64,000 nt of DNA, taken from contig DATDWX010000027.1 of assembly GCA_036517335.1 (NCBI GenBank), forward strand, positions 24,192 to 88,191, read 5' to 3'. The stretch is from Minisyncoccota bacterium (lineage in GTDB: Bacteria > Patescibacteriota > Minisyncoccia > Phycocordibacterales > UBA2100). Below the pieces are notes generated by a model, which searched no databases, was not told the origin of the DNA, and worked only from the letters and a program-made list of their open reading frames with translations. A program made the translations under genes and the position numbers. This document shows, piece by piece, positions 9,436 to 18,334 of this stretch (position 1 is its first letter; each line of letters starts with the position of its first letter).

Positions 9436-10518
9436 ATGAAGCGCAGGGCGTTTATCACCGGTATCACGGGCCAAGATGGCTCGTATTTGGCTGAATACCT
9501 CATCGGAAAAGGCTATGAGGTGTATGGTTTGATGCGGCGCACGAGCCTGGATCCCATGATGCGGCTCGAGAGCGTAATGAAGAGCGGCAAACTCAAATTG
9601 CTCTACGGCAATCTACGCGACGCTGCCTCACTTGCCCGCGCGCTCCAAGAGAGCAAGCCCGATGAGATCTACAATCTCGGCGCGCAATCCGATGTGGGCA
9701 TCTCCTTCAAAATTCCTGAAGAGACGATGGACGTCAATTATCATGGCCTCGGGCGCCTCATCAATGAAGCGACGCGTATCAGCGGGGCGGTGAAGATATT
9801 CCACGCCTCTACCGGTGATTTCTTTCTGCGCGCACATCCGCCGCAAAACGAAGTGGCGGTACGTCACGCCTCGTCTCCCTACGGAGAATCCAAATTGCGC
9901 GCGTATGAAGATTTTGTAAAAGACTACCGCGATCGCCGCCACGTCTTCATTAGTTCGGGTTTCATGTTCAATCACGAATCACCGCGGCGCGGTGAGCATT
10001 TTGTGACCCGTAAAATATCGCGGGCGATGGCAAAAATAAAGCTCGGACTCTCGAAGGATTTTTCGCTCGGCAATTTGGATGCACACCGCGACTGGGGATA
10101 CGCTGGCGATTATGTGAAAGCAATGCATCTGATGTTGCAGGCTAAGACACCCAGCGATTACGTGATCGGCACGGGCGAGGTCAACAGTGTGCGTACATTT
10201 GTGGAGGCATCTGCTCGCGAGCTCGGCATGTCTCTTACGTGGAAGGGCAGTGGGATGAAAGAAGTGGGTCAGGTGAAGGGGAAGACGATCCTCACCATCA
10301 ATAAGGAATTTTATCGCCCACCGGAAGCTGATTACCTCCTCGCGGATATCTCAAAAGTGCGCCGCGAGCTCGGATGGAAACCAGAAGTTGATTTTCAAGG
10401 ACTCGTCAGCATGATGGTGCGAGCGGATGTGGAGTCGCTTCGGCATCTCGCCCGCCCCGCTAGGGGCAAGGCTTCTAAGGGCTCTTCCACTAATAACCTG
10501 AAAGGTATTAGGGGTTAG
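9436..10518 (+). CDS. gmd: GDP-mannose 4,6-dehydratase
   Basis: MKRRAFITGITGQDGSYLAEYLIGKGYEVYGLMRRTS and NHESPRRGEHFVTRKISRA are GMD hallmarks. The start is the internal Met of ORF 9085..10518. The C-terminal 25 aa look like read-through, so the true end may be nearer 10440. Confidence 0.8.
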   Translation: MKRRAFITGITGQDGSYLAEYLIGKGYEVYGLMRRTSLDPMMRLESVMKSGKLKLLYGNLRDAASLARALQESKPDEIYNLGAQSDVGISFKIPEETMDVNYHGLGRLINEATRISGAVKIFHASTGDFFLRAHPPQNEVAVRHASSPYGESKLRAYEDFVKDYRDRRHVFISSGFMFNHESPRRGEHFVTRKISRAMAKIKLGLSKDFSLGNLDAHRDWGYAGDYVKAMHLMLQAKTPSDYVIGTGEVNSVRTFVEASARELGMSLTWKGSGMKEVGQVKGKTILTINKEFYRPPEADYLLADISKVRRELGWKPEVDFQGLVSMMVRADVESLRHLARPARGKASKGSSTNNLKGIRG

Positions 10519-10579
10519 AGCCCTTTGTGCATCGTCCATATACTGTCAATTTATTTATGGACGAGGCCTAAGGGGGCAA

Positions 10580-11272
10580 GTGCCTAGCGCCCTTCCGCAG
10601 CCGCAGTCCTATACAATAGATGCCATGCATGTAGCCATGAGCTCACTAGTGAAAGGAGCGCTATCGGGTAAGACGATCGGACGCACACTTTTCAACGCGA
10701 CCTTGGCGCATCGTGCGAGGGCCCTGCACGGGCGCGTACTCGACATCGCCGGAGGCGCCTCTTCGAGCTATTTGCCCCTGCTGCCGAAAGGAATCGAGCT
10801 TGTGCGTACCGACTTTGCCGCCTCTCCCGGCGTTATTGCCGTCGATATGAATAAGCCACTTCCTTTTGAGGATGGATCATTTGATGCGGTACTCCTCTTC
10901 AATGCGCTTTACGCGGCCGAAGAGCCGCTCGCGCTCGCTCGTGAGATCCATCGAGTGCTCAAGGAGGGTGGCACGTGGTACCTCGCTTCGCCTTTTATCG
11001 CCAACGAAATGCCGGAGCCGCACGATTATCTACGCTTCACGGGAGAAGGACTCGAGCGATTGTGCAGTCGCGCGGGATTTACGGCAGTATCTATAGAACG
11101 CCTCGGCGATCGAGCGAGCGCCGCCGTGCAGCTCATGCACCCCTTTTATCTGTTCAACGCGGTCCGCGCACTCGTGTATCCACTCGCGATTTTCTTCGAT
11201 GGTCTCATCCCAAGGCGAGCGCGGCGAGCGCACCCGGCGCCTCTATCGTATTTTGTCTGCGCGCAAAAGTAA
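10580..11272 (+). CDS. class I SAM-dependent methyltransferase
   Basis: VLDIAGG motif, DGSFDAVLLFNALY, VLKEGG. The start could instead be the Met at 10625. Confidence 0.6.
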   Translation: MPSALPQPQSYTIDAMHVAMSSLVKGALSGKTIGRTLFNATLAHRARALHGRVLDIAGGASSSYLPLLPKGIELVRTDFAASPGVIAVDMNKPLPFEDGSFDAVLLFNALYAAEEPLALAREIHRVLKEGGTWYLASPFIANEMPEPHDYLRFTGEGLERLCSRAGFTAVSIERLGDRASAAVQLMHPFYLFNAVRALVYPLAIFFDGLIPRRARRAHPAPLSYFVCAQK

Positions 11273-11291
11273 TACCGTATACATACTGTGT

Positions 11292-12428
11292 ATGAATACG
11301 CCGAAGCAAAAAATCAAACTCGTCATTGGCACCAATGACTTCACGCTCGGTGGGGTGCAGCGGCTTATCCTCGACATCCTGGATCATCTTGATAGAGAGC
11401 GGTTTGATATCTACCTCATCACACTCATTCAATTTCAGAGCTCCAAGGCGACATTCTACGATCGTGTGCCACCTCATGTGAAAGTAATCAAACATCATTT
11501 CAGGAGATTTCGGGATATACGTGAGTGGATTCGACTCTGGCGCACGCTGCGTGAGATCCGCCCCGATGTCGTTGACGCGAGCCTCTTTTTCAGCAACACG
11601 ATCTTCACCCTCCTGAAGCCTTTTTTTGGGTACGCGGTAATCGCGGGCGAGCACAATTCGGGAGATGCCAAGCCGTTTCTCATGCGTCTCACTGATCGCT
11701 TGCTTGCGCCGCTGCGGTATTCCACCGTGGCCGACTCACAGATGGTCGCGAGTTTTGTGTCTGAAACGGAACACATCCCGCTCAAGCGCTTCACTGTGAT
11801 CTATAATGGCGTGGATCTGAAGACGATTGAAAAGGAGCGGGAAGAGTATATGCGAAAGCGTTCCACCTTGCGTGAGGGGCTCGGCATTCGGTCGCATGAA
11901 TTTGTCTTTTTGAACGTCTCTCGCATGGTCAAGCAAAAAAGGCAAGAGCTCGCGGTCGACGGATTCAATCGCTTCAATGAGCGGCATCCCGGCTACCGCC
12001 TCGTCTTGGTGGGAGACGGGCCTCGAAAGGCGGCCGTGGAAGAAAAAGTGCGCGCGTATGGGCTAGAAGACCAGATCGTACTCTTGGGGGAGAGTAGCGA
12101 TGTGCACCGCTTTTACGGGATCGCCGATGCATTTCTGCTCACCTCGCAGCGCGAAGGATTTTGCATCGCTGCGATGGAGGGACTCGCATTTGGCCTCCCA
12201 CTCATCGCGACCAAAGTGGGTGGCGTAGTGGAATACCTGAAAAACGGCAAAAATGGATATATGATCATGGCACCGACGCCGGGAGCGGTAGCAGAGGCAA
12301 TGGAAAAATTGATTTCCTCCGATATTCACCAGCTGCGGCGCGGCGCCATTGAATCGGCACAGCCGTACACGAGCGAGCGGGCAGCTGCCGCTTACGAAAA
12401 ACTCTTTCTCGCCAGTATCGGGCAGTGA
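11292..12428 (+). CDS. GT4-family glycosyltransferase
   Basis: C-terminal EGFCIAAMEGLAFGLPLIATKVGG retaining-GT4 motif. Start at the internal Met MNTPKQKIKLVIGT. Confidence 0.75.
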   Translation: MNTPKQKIKLVIGTNDFTLGGVQRLILDILDHLDRERFDIYLITLIQFQSSKATFYDRVPPHVKVIKHHFRRFRDIREWIRLWRTLREIRPDVVDASLFFSNTIFTLLKPFFGYAVIAGEHNSGDAKPFLMRLTDRLLAPLRYSTVADSQMVASFVSETEHIPLKRFTVIYNGVDLKTIEKEREEYMRKRSTLREGLGIRSHEFVFLNVSRMVKQKRQELAVDGFNRFNERHPGYRLVLVGDGPRKAAVEEKVRAYGLEDQIVLLGESSDVHRFYGIADAFLLTSQREGFCIAAMEGLAFGLPLIATKVGGVVEYLKNGKNGYMIMAPTPGAVAEAMEKLISSDIHQLRRGAIESAQPYTSERAAAAYEKLFLASIGQ

Positions 12429-12443
12429 TAGACTAACTCTGCC

Positions 12444-13232
12444 ATGGATGAAAAAGATGCAATCATGCGCGCTCGCGCACGGGCCGAAGAATATCTTGCC
12501 ACGTGCACCGAGTACACCGATCCATACGAGCGGGAGAAATTGATCGGCGATTGGGGGAAAAAAGGCAAGGCAGCGCGGGAAGCGATGGATGATTTCAAAC
12601 TCCGCGCGGGCACTGTAGCTGGCGCGCGTATGCTGGATATCGGATTTGGCGGAGGTGAGTACTCACTTGCTTTTGCCAAGGCGGGCGCGGATGTGTACGG
12701 GCTTGAAGTCAATCCGGTCTTGCACCGAATAGCGGAAGCGCACCTGAAAGAGGAGGGCGCGAAAGCGCATCTGCGCGTCTATGATGGCACCCAGTTTCCA
12801 TTCGAGAATGATTTTTTTGACCACGCTTTTTCCGTGAGCGTACTTGAACACGTATCGGATGCGAGGCTCTTACTTCGCGAAGTGAGCCGCGTACTGAAAC
12901 CAGCCGGAAAGTTTTATCTCGCCTTTCCAAATCGCTGGAGGGTGCGTGAGGCCCACACAGGGATTTTCTTTTTGAGCTACCTGCCACGGGCAGTAGCCGA
13001 GCGGCTCACAAAGCGCTTGTGGAAGCGCAATGCGATCGAAGAATTGAATCTGCACTTCTTGAGCTATTGGTCGCTGAAGCGCCTTTTGCGCGGTACGTCG
13101 CTCCACGTGGTGTTTGAATACGGCGGACGGTCCCTACCACGCAGAGTCCTTAAGAGAGTGCTGGGGTTTTTTGGCATGCATCACAGCGCGATACTGGGTA
13201 CGGTCATGGTGATCCTCGAAAAGAAGTTATGA
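12444..13232 (+). CDS. class I SAM-dependent methyltransferase
   Basis: MLDIGFGGGEY motif I and VLKPAGKFYL. Confidence 0.65.
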   Translation: MDEKDAIMRARARAEEYLATCTEYTDPYEREKLIGDWGKKGKAAREAMDDFKLRAGTVAGARMLDIGFGGGEYSLAFAKAGADVYGLEVNPVLHRIAEAHLKEEGAKAHLRVYDGTQFPFENDFFDHAFSVSVLEHVSDARLLLREVSRVLKPAGKFYLAFPNRWRVREAHTGIFFLSYLPRAVAERLTKRLWKRNAIEELNLHFLSYWSLKRLLRGTSLHVVFEYGGRSLPRRVLKRVLGFFGMHHSAILGTVMVILEKKL

Positions 13233-14383
13233 ATCATGGAGGAAAGATCAAAGTGGGGTTGATGTCGTATGCGATGGATGGGCGAGTGGCCAAAGGAGCG
13301 GTCATCTCGACGCACCGTATGATCGAGCGGGTAGTGCGTGATCCGGGGCTAGACGTAACGCTCATTCACTTCGACAAATCGGACGATCCGCTCTACAAAG
13401 AGACACGCGAAATCGTAATGCCCGCGCTCCCCTCTATATTAAATCGTCGGTTTTTTCGCATGCTCTACTTTTTTTGGAAGTATCGCAAAGAGAATTTCGA
13501 CATCATCCAATGGTTTCAGCCGCGGCTCTACCCATTTTTCTGGCTCGCTCCCGCGCGGCACATCATTCTCACCGCGCACGGCGCGGGTGACATCACCGCG
13601 CCGGGAGCTTTCCCACCCTCTCGCCGGATGTTTAATTTCGTGCTCAAGTACTTTAATCACCGCATTACTGCGATCATTGCTGTATCCGAGTTTGGAAGGC
13701 AGGAGATCGTGCAGTATTACGGAGCTTCCCCCGAGCGTGTGATAGGCATGCTGCACTACAACGGCGGTGCCGAAGAGTATACGGCGATGGATCGCACGCT
13801 TGCACAAAAAATTGTTGCAGAGAAATATAAGATCACGGCGCCGTACATTCTCGACGTGTCGCGCCTCGATCCGCAGAAAAACGTGGACACGCTCATTCGC
13901 GCCTACGAGCAACTCCGCGAAGGGCATCCGGAGCGAAGAGAGGGGCTAGTCATCGTCGGCTCGCCTTCGTATCGTGCGGAAGAAACATATGCGCTTGCAG
14001 CTGCCTCACGCCACAAAGACGATATCCAATTTGTACGGTACGTGGCACAAGAGGACATGAACGCACTGTATTCAGGTGCAAGGCTTTTCGCCTTTCCTTC
14101 GCTCAACGAATCATTCGGTATGCCCGTCATCGAAGCCATGGCGAGTGGCACCCCGACCATCACGTCCAACGTAACCTCGCTGCCGGAAGTAGCGGGAGGT
14201 GCCGCGATCCTCATAGATCCCACAGACGTTCATGCACTCGCCGAGGCCATACAGCGCGTGCTTTCGGATAAGGCCCTGCAGCAAACCCTCATCGAAAAAG
14301 GCCTCGAGCGAGCGAGGCCGTTCACGTGGGATCGCGGCGCAGATGAGGTCAAAAAGCTGTATCGCAGCGTTGTGAGAGTGTAG
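13229..14383 (+). CDS. GT4-family glycosyltransferase
   Basis: FAFPSLNESFGMPVIEAMASGTPTITSNVTSLPEV. Confidence 0.75.
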   Translation: MNHGGKIKVGLMSYAMDGRVAKGAVISTHRMIERVVRDPGLDVTLIHFDKSDDPLYKETREIVMPALPSILNRRFFRMLYFFWKYRKENFDIIQWFQPRLYPFFWLAPARHIILTAHGAGDITAPGAFPPSRRMFNFVLKYFNHRITAIIAVSEFGRQEIVQYYGASPERVIGMLHYNGGAEEYTAMDRTLAQKIVAEKYKITAPYILDVSRLDPQKNVDTLIRAYEQLREGHPERREGLVIVGSPSYRAEETYALAAASRHKDDIQFVRYVAQEDMNALYSGARLFAFPSLNESFGMPVIEAMASGTPTITSNVTSLPEVAGGAAILIDPTDVHALAEAIQRVLSDKALQQTLIEKGLERARPFTWDRGADEVKKLYRSVVRV

Positions 14384-14416
14384 ACGACCGTAGAGGTACC
14401 GAATATACTGCCATGT

Positions 14417-14791
14417 ATGGAAATGCCGCTCTCCGACATGCTGGATCGCTATAGTATTTTGCTTTTAAAAAAGGAGCGACTGCCGGAGAATCCCGAGGTG
14501 CAGGCGGAGTGCGCTCGATTTGAAGCCGACCTTCAGGGCAGGAGTGATCAGGAGTATATCACAAAGCATGTCGCGTTACTCAAAGAAGTAAACGCCAAGA
14601 TATGGGACTTGGAGTCCGACATTCGGAAGGGAAAAGAGGGCGCGCTCGGGCTCGAAGAGGTGGGGCGGCGCGCGCTCGCGATCCGCGATCTGAATGCCGA
14701 GCGTGTAGCACTCAAGAATGTAGTTGCAAAAGAGCGGGGAGAATTTGAAGAAATCAAAGTAGACCACGCGAGCGCTGCAGCACAGCCATGA
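14417..14791 (+). CDS. hypothetical protein
   Basis: 124-aa ORF, charged and helical, with no recognisable motif. Its frame is contiguous with the hldD start. Confidence 0.35.
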   Translation: MEMPLSDMLDRYSILLLKKERLPENPEVQAECARFEADLQGRSDQEYITKHVALLKEVNAKIWDLESDIRKGKEGALGLEEVGRRALAIRDLNAERVALKNVVAKERGEFEEIKVDHASAAAQP

Positions 14792-15684
14792 AGGTCTTGG
14801 TGACGGGAGGCACGGGATTTATCGGCTCCAACATCGTGGAGGCGCTTCTCGGACGAGGCGACGAGGTTGTCATCACCGGTCACGACGCCGAGCAGTCGCT
14901 GCCGAATTTCAAAGGGACGCTCTTGTTGCCGAGTTTGATCGGTATTGATTGGAGCGCACTCCCGCCGGTAGATATTCTTTTCCACGAGGCAGCCTACAAC
15001 GACACACGCTCACAAGACCTGCGCGAAATGCTTCATGCCAACGTCGCTGCATCACTCGAACTTTTTAAGCGGGTTGTAGAAAAAGGCTGCAAGCACATCG
15101 TCTATGCCTCCTCGACGGCTGTGTATGGTAACGGCCCTGCGCCCTACAAGGAGGATCAGCCGCTACACCCCCTCAATCCTTACGCGCAGTCGAAGCAGCG
15201 TCTCGAAGAGGAGATTGCTCGGTTTGCCCGGGCGCACCCCGACGTCGTGATTGTGGGACTGCGTTACTGCAATGTCTACGGACCCGGCGAATCCCACAAA
15301 GGTACGCGCGCGAGCATGATCTACCAACTCGCCCAGCAAATGCGTAAGGGAAATCCGAGGCTCTTTAAGAGCGGCGAACAGCGGAGGGACTACATTTACG
15401 TGAAAGACGTGGTGGAGGTCAATTTGCGTGCTGCAGAGGCGCGCTCGAGCGGCGTCCTCAATTGCGGCTCCGGCCGCGCCACCGCATTCAACGACGTAGT
15501 GAAGTTATTGAACAACGCGCTCGGCACTTCTCGCACGCCGGAGTACATTGACAACCCATTCACCAACGCATACCAAGATTACACCGAATGTGATATGTCC
15601 CGAGCCGAAGAAGTTCTCGGGTTCGTCCCTCAATACAGCATTGAAGCAGGTATTGAAGAATACAAAAAAACGGGATCTCTATAA
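14788..15684 (+). CDS. hldD: ADP-L-glycero-D-manno-heptose 6-epimerase-like NAD-dependent epimerase
   Basis: MKVLVTGGTGFIGSNIV, NPYAQSK and GEQRRDYIYVKDVVEVNL match the HldD/RfaD pattern. Confidence 0.7.
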   Translation: MKVLVTGGTGFIGSNIVEALLGRGDEVVITGHDAEQSLPNFKGTLLLPSLIGIDWSALPPVDILFHEAAYNDTRSQDLREMLHANVAASLELFKRVVEKGCKHIVYASSTAVYGNGPAPYKEDQPLHPLNPYAQSKQRLEEEIARFARAHPDVVIVGLRYCNVYGPGESHKGTRASMIYQLAQQMRKGNPRLFKSGEQRRDYIYVKDVVEVNLRAAEARSSGVLNCGSGRATAFNDVVKLLNNALGTSRTPEYIDNPFTNAYQDYTECDMSRAEEVLGFVPQYSIEAGIEEYKKTGSL

Positions 15685-16160
15685 CCTGCCGAGCCGTATT
15701 TTTGCGATGATGCCTGTCGTTGATTTGTTCTTGAGGTAAGGAGCGCGCACCACTTTCCCCCCAGCAGACTCGACCGCCTCTTTCTCCACGATTTGGTCCA
15801 TTGTCCTGTCGGCACCTTTTACATGGATGTGTGGCTTGAGAAGTTTGATCCATGCAATGGGCGTGAGCTCGTCATACATGAATACCGCATCAACTGATCT
15901 AAGCGCGGCGACGATCTCTGCGCGCTCCCGCGCCGGTGTAAGCGGACGCCCCGGGCCTTTATTGCGGCGTACCGAACCATCTGAATTAATGCCGACGATC
16001 AACAGGTCGCCTTGCCCTCTTGCGAACGCGAGGTTGCTCACGTGCCCGGTGTGCAGGATGTCGAAACTGCCGTTGGTGGTCACCACGCGCCGCCCCGCAG
16101 TCTTCGCCTTTTGTACGAGCCTCTGAACGTTCGCAAATGAGAGGACACCTTCCAATCTAA
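15679..16160 (-). CDS. hldC: D-glycero-beta-D-manno-heptose 1-phosphate adenylyltransferase (stand-alone HldE domain II, cytidylyltransferase-like)
   Basis: VVTTNGSFDILHTGHVSNL (the HxGH motif) and the ...AWIKLLKPHIHVKGAD region. The start is uncertain: probably a non-ATG start near 16160, because the long ORF to 16383 overlaps gmhA. Confidence 0.6.
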
Positions 16161-16182
16161 GGCTTTTTGGGGTACTCTGCCG

Positions 16183-16767
16183 TTGAACACTTCGACCCGT
16201 ATGATGCTTAGAAATCCTATTCTTTTTGGGGCGTTTCAGCGTCATAGCGATACGATTGGTAAGAGTATGCAACATATCCTGCCCTCTGTCGAGGAAGGGG
16301 CGCGCCTCATAACGACAGCGATCAAGTCGCGCCGCACGGTTTTTATGTGCGGCAATGGCGGATCCGCCGCAGACAGCCAGCATTTTGCCACGGAATTAGT
16401 GGCCCGCTACAAGAAAAACAGAACGGCGCTGCGCGCAATCGCACTCACCACCGACTCCTCGGCGCTTACAGCGATCGGCAACGATTATGGATTTGAGAAT
16501 ATTTTTAAGCGACAGATCGAAGCGCTCGGGCGCCCTGGGGACGTGCTCGTCGCGTTTTCAACGAGTGGATCCTCACCCAATGTCCTGCACGCGATCCAGC
16601 AGGCAAAAAAACAAAAAATGAAGATCGTCGCGCTCACGGGAGAAAAAGGAGTGAGTCTAAAGAAGATCTCCGACGTGTGTGTCATTGTACCGACAGCAGA
16701 AACAGCGCGCATTCAGGAAGTGCACCAACTCATCTATCATGCGTGGTGCGAGTATATTGACTCATGA
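16183..16767 (+). CDS. gmhA: phosphoheptose isomerase (SIS domain)
   Basis: RRTVFMCGNGGSAADSQHFATELV, DVLVAFSTSGSSPNVL. The true start may be the Met at 16201. Confidence 0.8.
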   Translation: MNTSTRMMLRNPILFGAFQRHSDTIGKSMQHILPSVEEGARLITTAIKSRRTVFMCGNGGSAADSQHFATELVARYKKNRTALRAIALTTDSSALTAIGNDYGFENIFKRQIEALGRPGDVLVAFSTSGSSPNVLHAIQQAKKQKMKIVALTGEKGVSLKKISDVCVIVPTAETARIQEVHQLIYHAWCEYIDS

Positions 16768-17750
16768 ATCCCGCTGAAATTAAAAAAGCGATAGCACGCT
16801 TTCCAAAAAGGCGCATTCTTGTTGTCGGGGACGCCATGATCGACATGTACGTCGAGGGAGATGCTGATCACATATCGGCGGAAGCCCCCGTGCCGGTCCT
16901 TCGCCAACACTCTGTCAACTATATATTGGGCGGATCTGGCAATGTGGCTAATAACGTGGCGGCGCTTGGGGGCGTGGCGACCCTCGTCGCTGTCGCGGGG
17001 CGCGATGATAATGCCGAAATCTTACGGGCCCTGTGCCGGCAAGCGCGCATCCGCCTGAAGTGTTTCGTAGATGCCACGCGGCCGACGACCACGAAGTTGC
17101 GCATCGTGTCGCGCTTACACCAACACCAGCTTGCGCGCGTGGACTCTGAATTGGCGACACCAATTGCAAAAGCGCTTGAGAAGCGGCTTATTGCCGCGAT
17201 ACGAGCTCTCCCGCCGCAGGACATGGTCATTGTGTCCGATTACGCAAAGGGGTGCATCACGAAAAATGTCGTGAGCGCTTTGAAAAAGAAATTCGGCGGA
17301 GAGAAGATCGTGGCCGACATGAAGCCCCCGCATGCCGCCTTCTACAAGGGTATCTACGCGATCACGCCCAATATGAAAGAAGCGCTTGAGCTAACCGGAC
17401 TACACACCACGACCGATGCACTCGCCACGCGCGCGGCGAAGGTGATGGGAAAGCGGCTTTCGACGGCGGTCATTCTGACACGCGCGGAGCATGGCGTGAC
17501 CTTGCGAGAGAGACGGGGCGCGATCTCCCATTTTCGATCTAATATTCTCTCCGTAAAAGACGTGACAGGGGCGGGCGATACATTGATCGCCGCGCTCGCG
17601 CTCGCCTGCGCAGTTGGCACCCCTTTGCCCCATGCTGTCGAGCTCGCGAACTTTTCTGCCGGTATTGTTGTGAGCCAGCGCGGGACGTTTGCACTCTCGC
17701 GCAAAGATCTTGAACAACATATTGATTCACTTGCTGCGCGCACCCTGTAA
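16764..17750 (+). CDS. hldA: D-glycero-beta-D-manno-heptose-7-phosphate kinase (stand-alone HldE domain I, PfkB family)
   Basis: ILVVGDAMIDMYVEG, DVTGAGDT (the PfkB anion hole). 328 aa. Confidence 0.75.
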   Translation: MNPAEIKKAIARFPKRRILVVGDAMIDMYVEGDADHISAEAPVPVLRQHSVNYILGGSGNVANNVAALGGVATLVAVAGRDDNAEILRALCRQARIRLKCFVDATRPTTTKLRIVSRLHQHQLARVDSELATPIAKALEKRLIAAIRALPPQDMVIVSDYAKGCITKNVVSALKKKFGGEKIVADMKPPHAAFYKGIYAITPNMKEALELTGLHTTTDALATRAAKVMGKRLSTAVILTRAEHGVTLRERRGAISHFRSNILSVKDVTGAGDTLIAALALACAVGTPLPHAVELANFSAGIVVSQRGTFALSRKDLEQHIDSLAARTL

Positions 17751-17758
17751 GGGCAGAT

Positions 17759-18316
17759 ATGCCTGAAGCTGTCTTCATTGATCGCGACGGGACCATTGTG
17801 GAAGAGGTAGGGTACGGATCCTCGTTTGACGAGACAAGCCTTATTCCAGGCGCTGCGGGAGCGATTGCGCGCCTCAATGAGCGCGCGATCCCGGTCATCG
17901 TTATTTCTAATCAGGCGGGTGTGGCACGTGGGTATTTCCCGGAATCAAATATTCCGCGCATGCATGAGGGAATCGCTCGCGCGCTCCGAAAAAGCAGCGC
18001 GCACGTTGATGCATGGTACTGGTGCCCGCATCTTCCGGAGGGACAGGTGGATGAATACGCGATCGACTGCGACTGCCGCAAACCAAAGCCGGGCATGTTG
18101 AAAAAAGCTGCGCATGACCTCCATCTCGATCTTTCGAACTGCGCTATGATCGGTGACAAGGCAAGCGACATTGAGGCGGGGGAGCGCGCCCTATGCCGCA
18201 CTGTTCTGGTTCTTACCGGCCATGGTGCGGAAGAGTGGTCATCGTGGAAGCTTCCCATGAAGCCCTCGCACGTCGCTCCCGATCTCGCAGGCGCCGTCGA
18301 TTGGTTGATAAACTAA
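17759..18316 (+). CDS. gmhB: D,D-heptose 1,7-bisphosphate phosphatase (HAD-IIIA)
   Basis: FIDRDGTI (the DxD motif), the Zn-binding CPHLPEG...CDCRKPKPGM, and GDKASD. Confidence 0.8.
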   Translation: MPEAVFIDRDGTIVEEVGYGSSFDETSLIPGAAGAIARLNERAIPVIVISNQAGVARGYFPESNIPRMHEGIARALRKSSAHVDAWYWCPHLPEGQVDEYAIDCDCRKPKPGMLKKAAHDLHLDLSNCAMIGDKASDIEAGERALCRTVLVLTGHGAEEWSSWKLPMKPSHVAPDLAGAVDWLIN

Positions 18317-18334
18317 TGCGATGAGCGCTCGCGT

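Noticed and set aside
16161-16383. Upstream extension of the heptose adenylyltransferase ORF to 16383
   Set aside because: It would overlap gmhA head-on by about 200 bp. The extension is basic low-complexity sequence, and the conserved domain begins near 16160.
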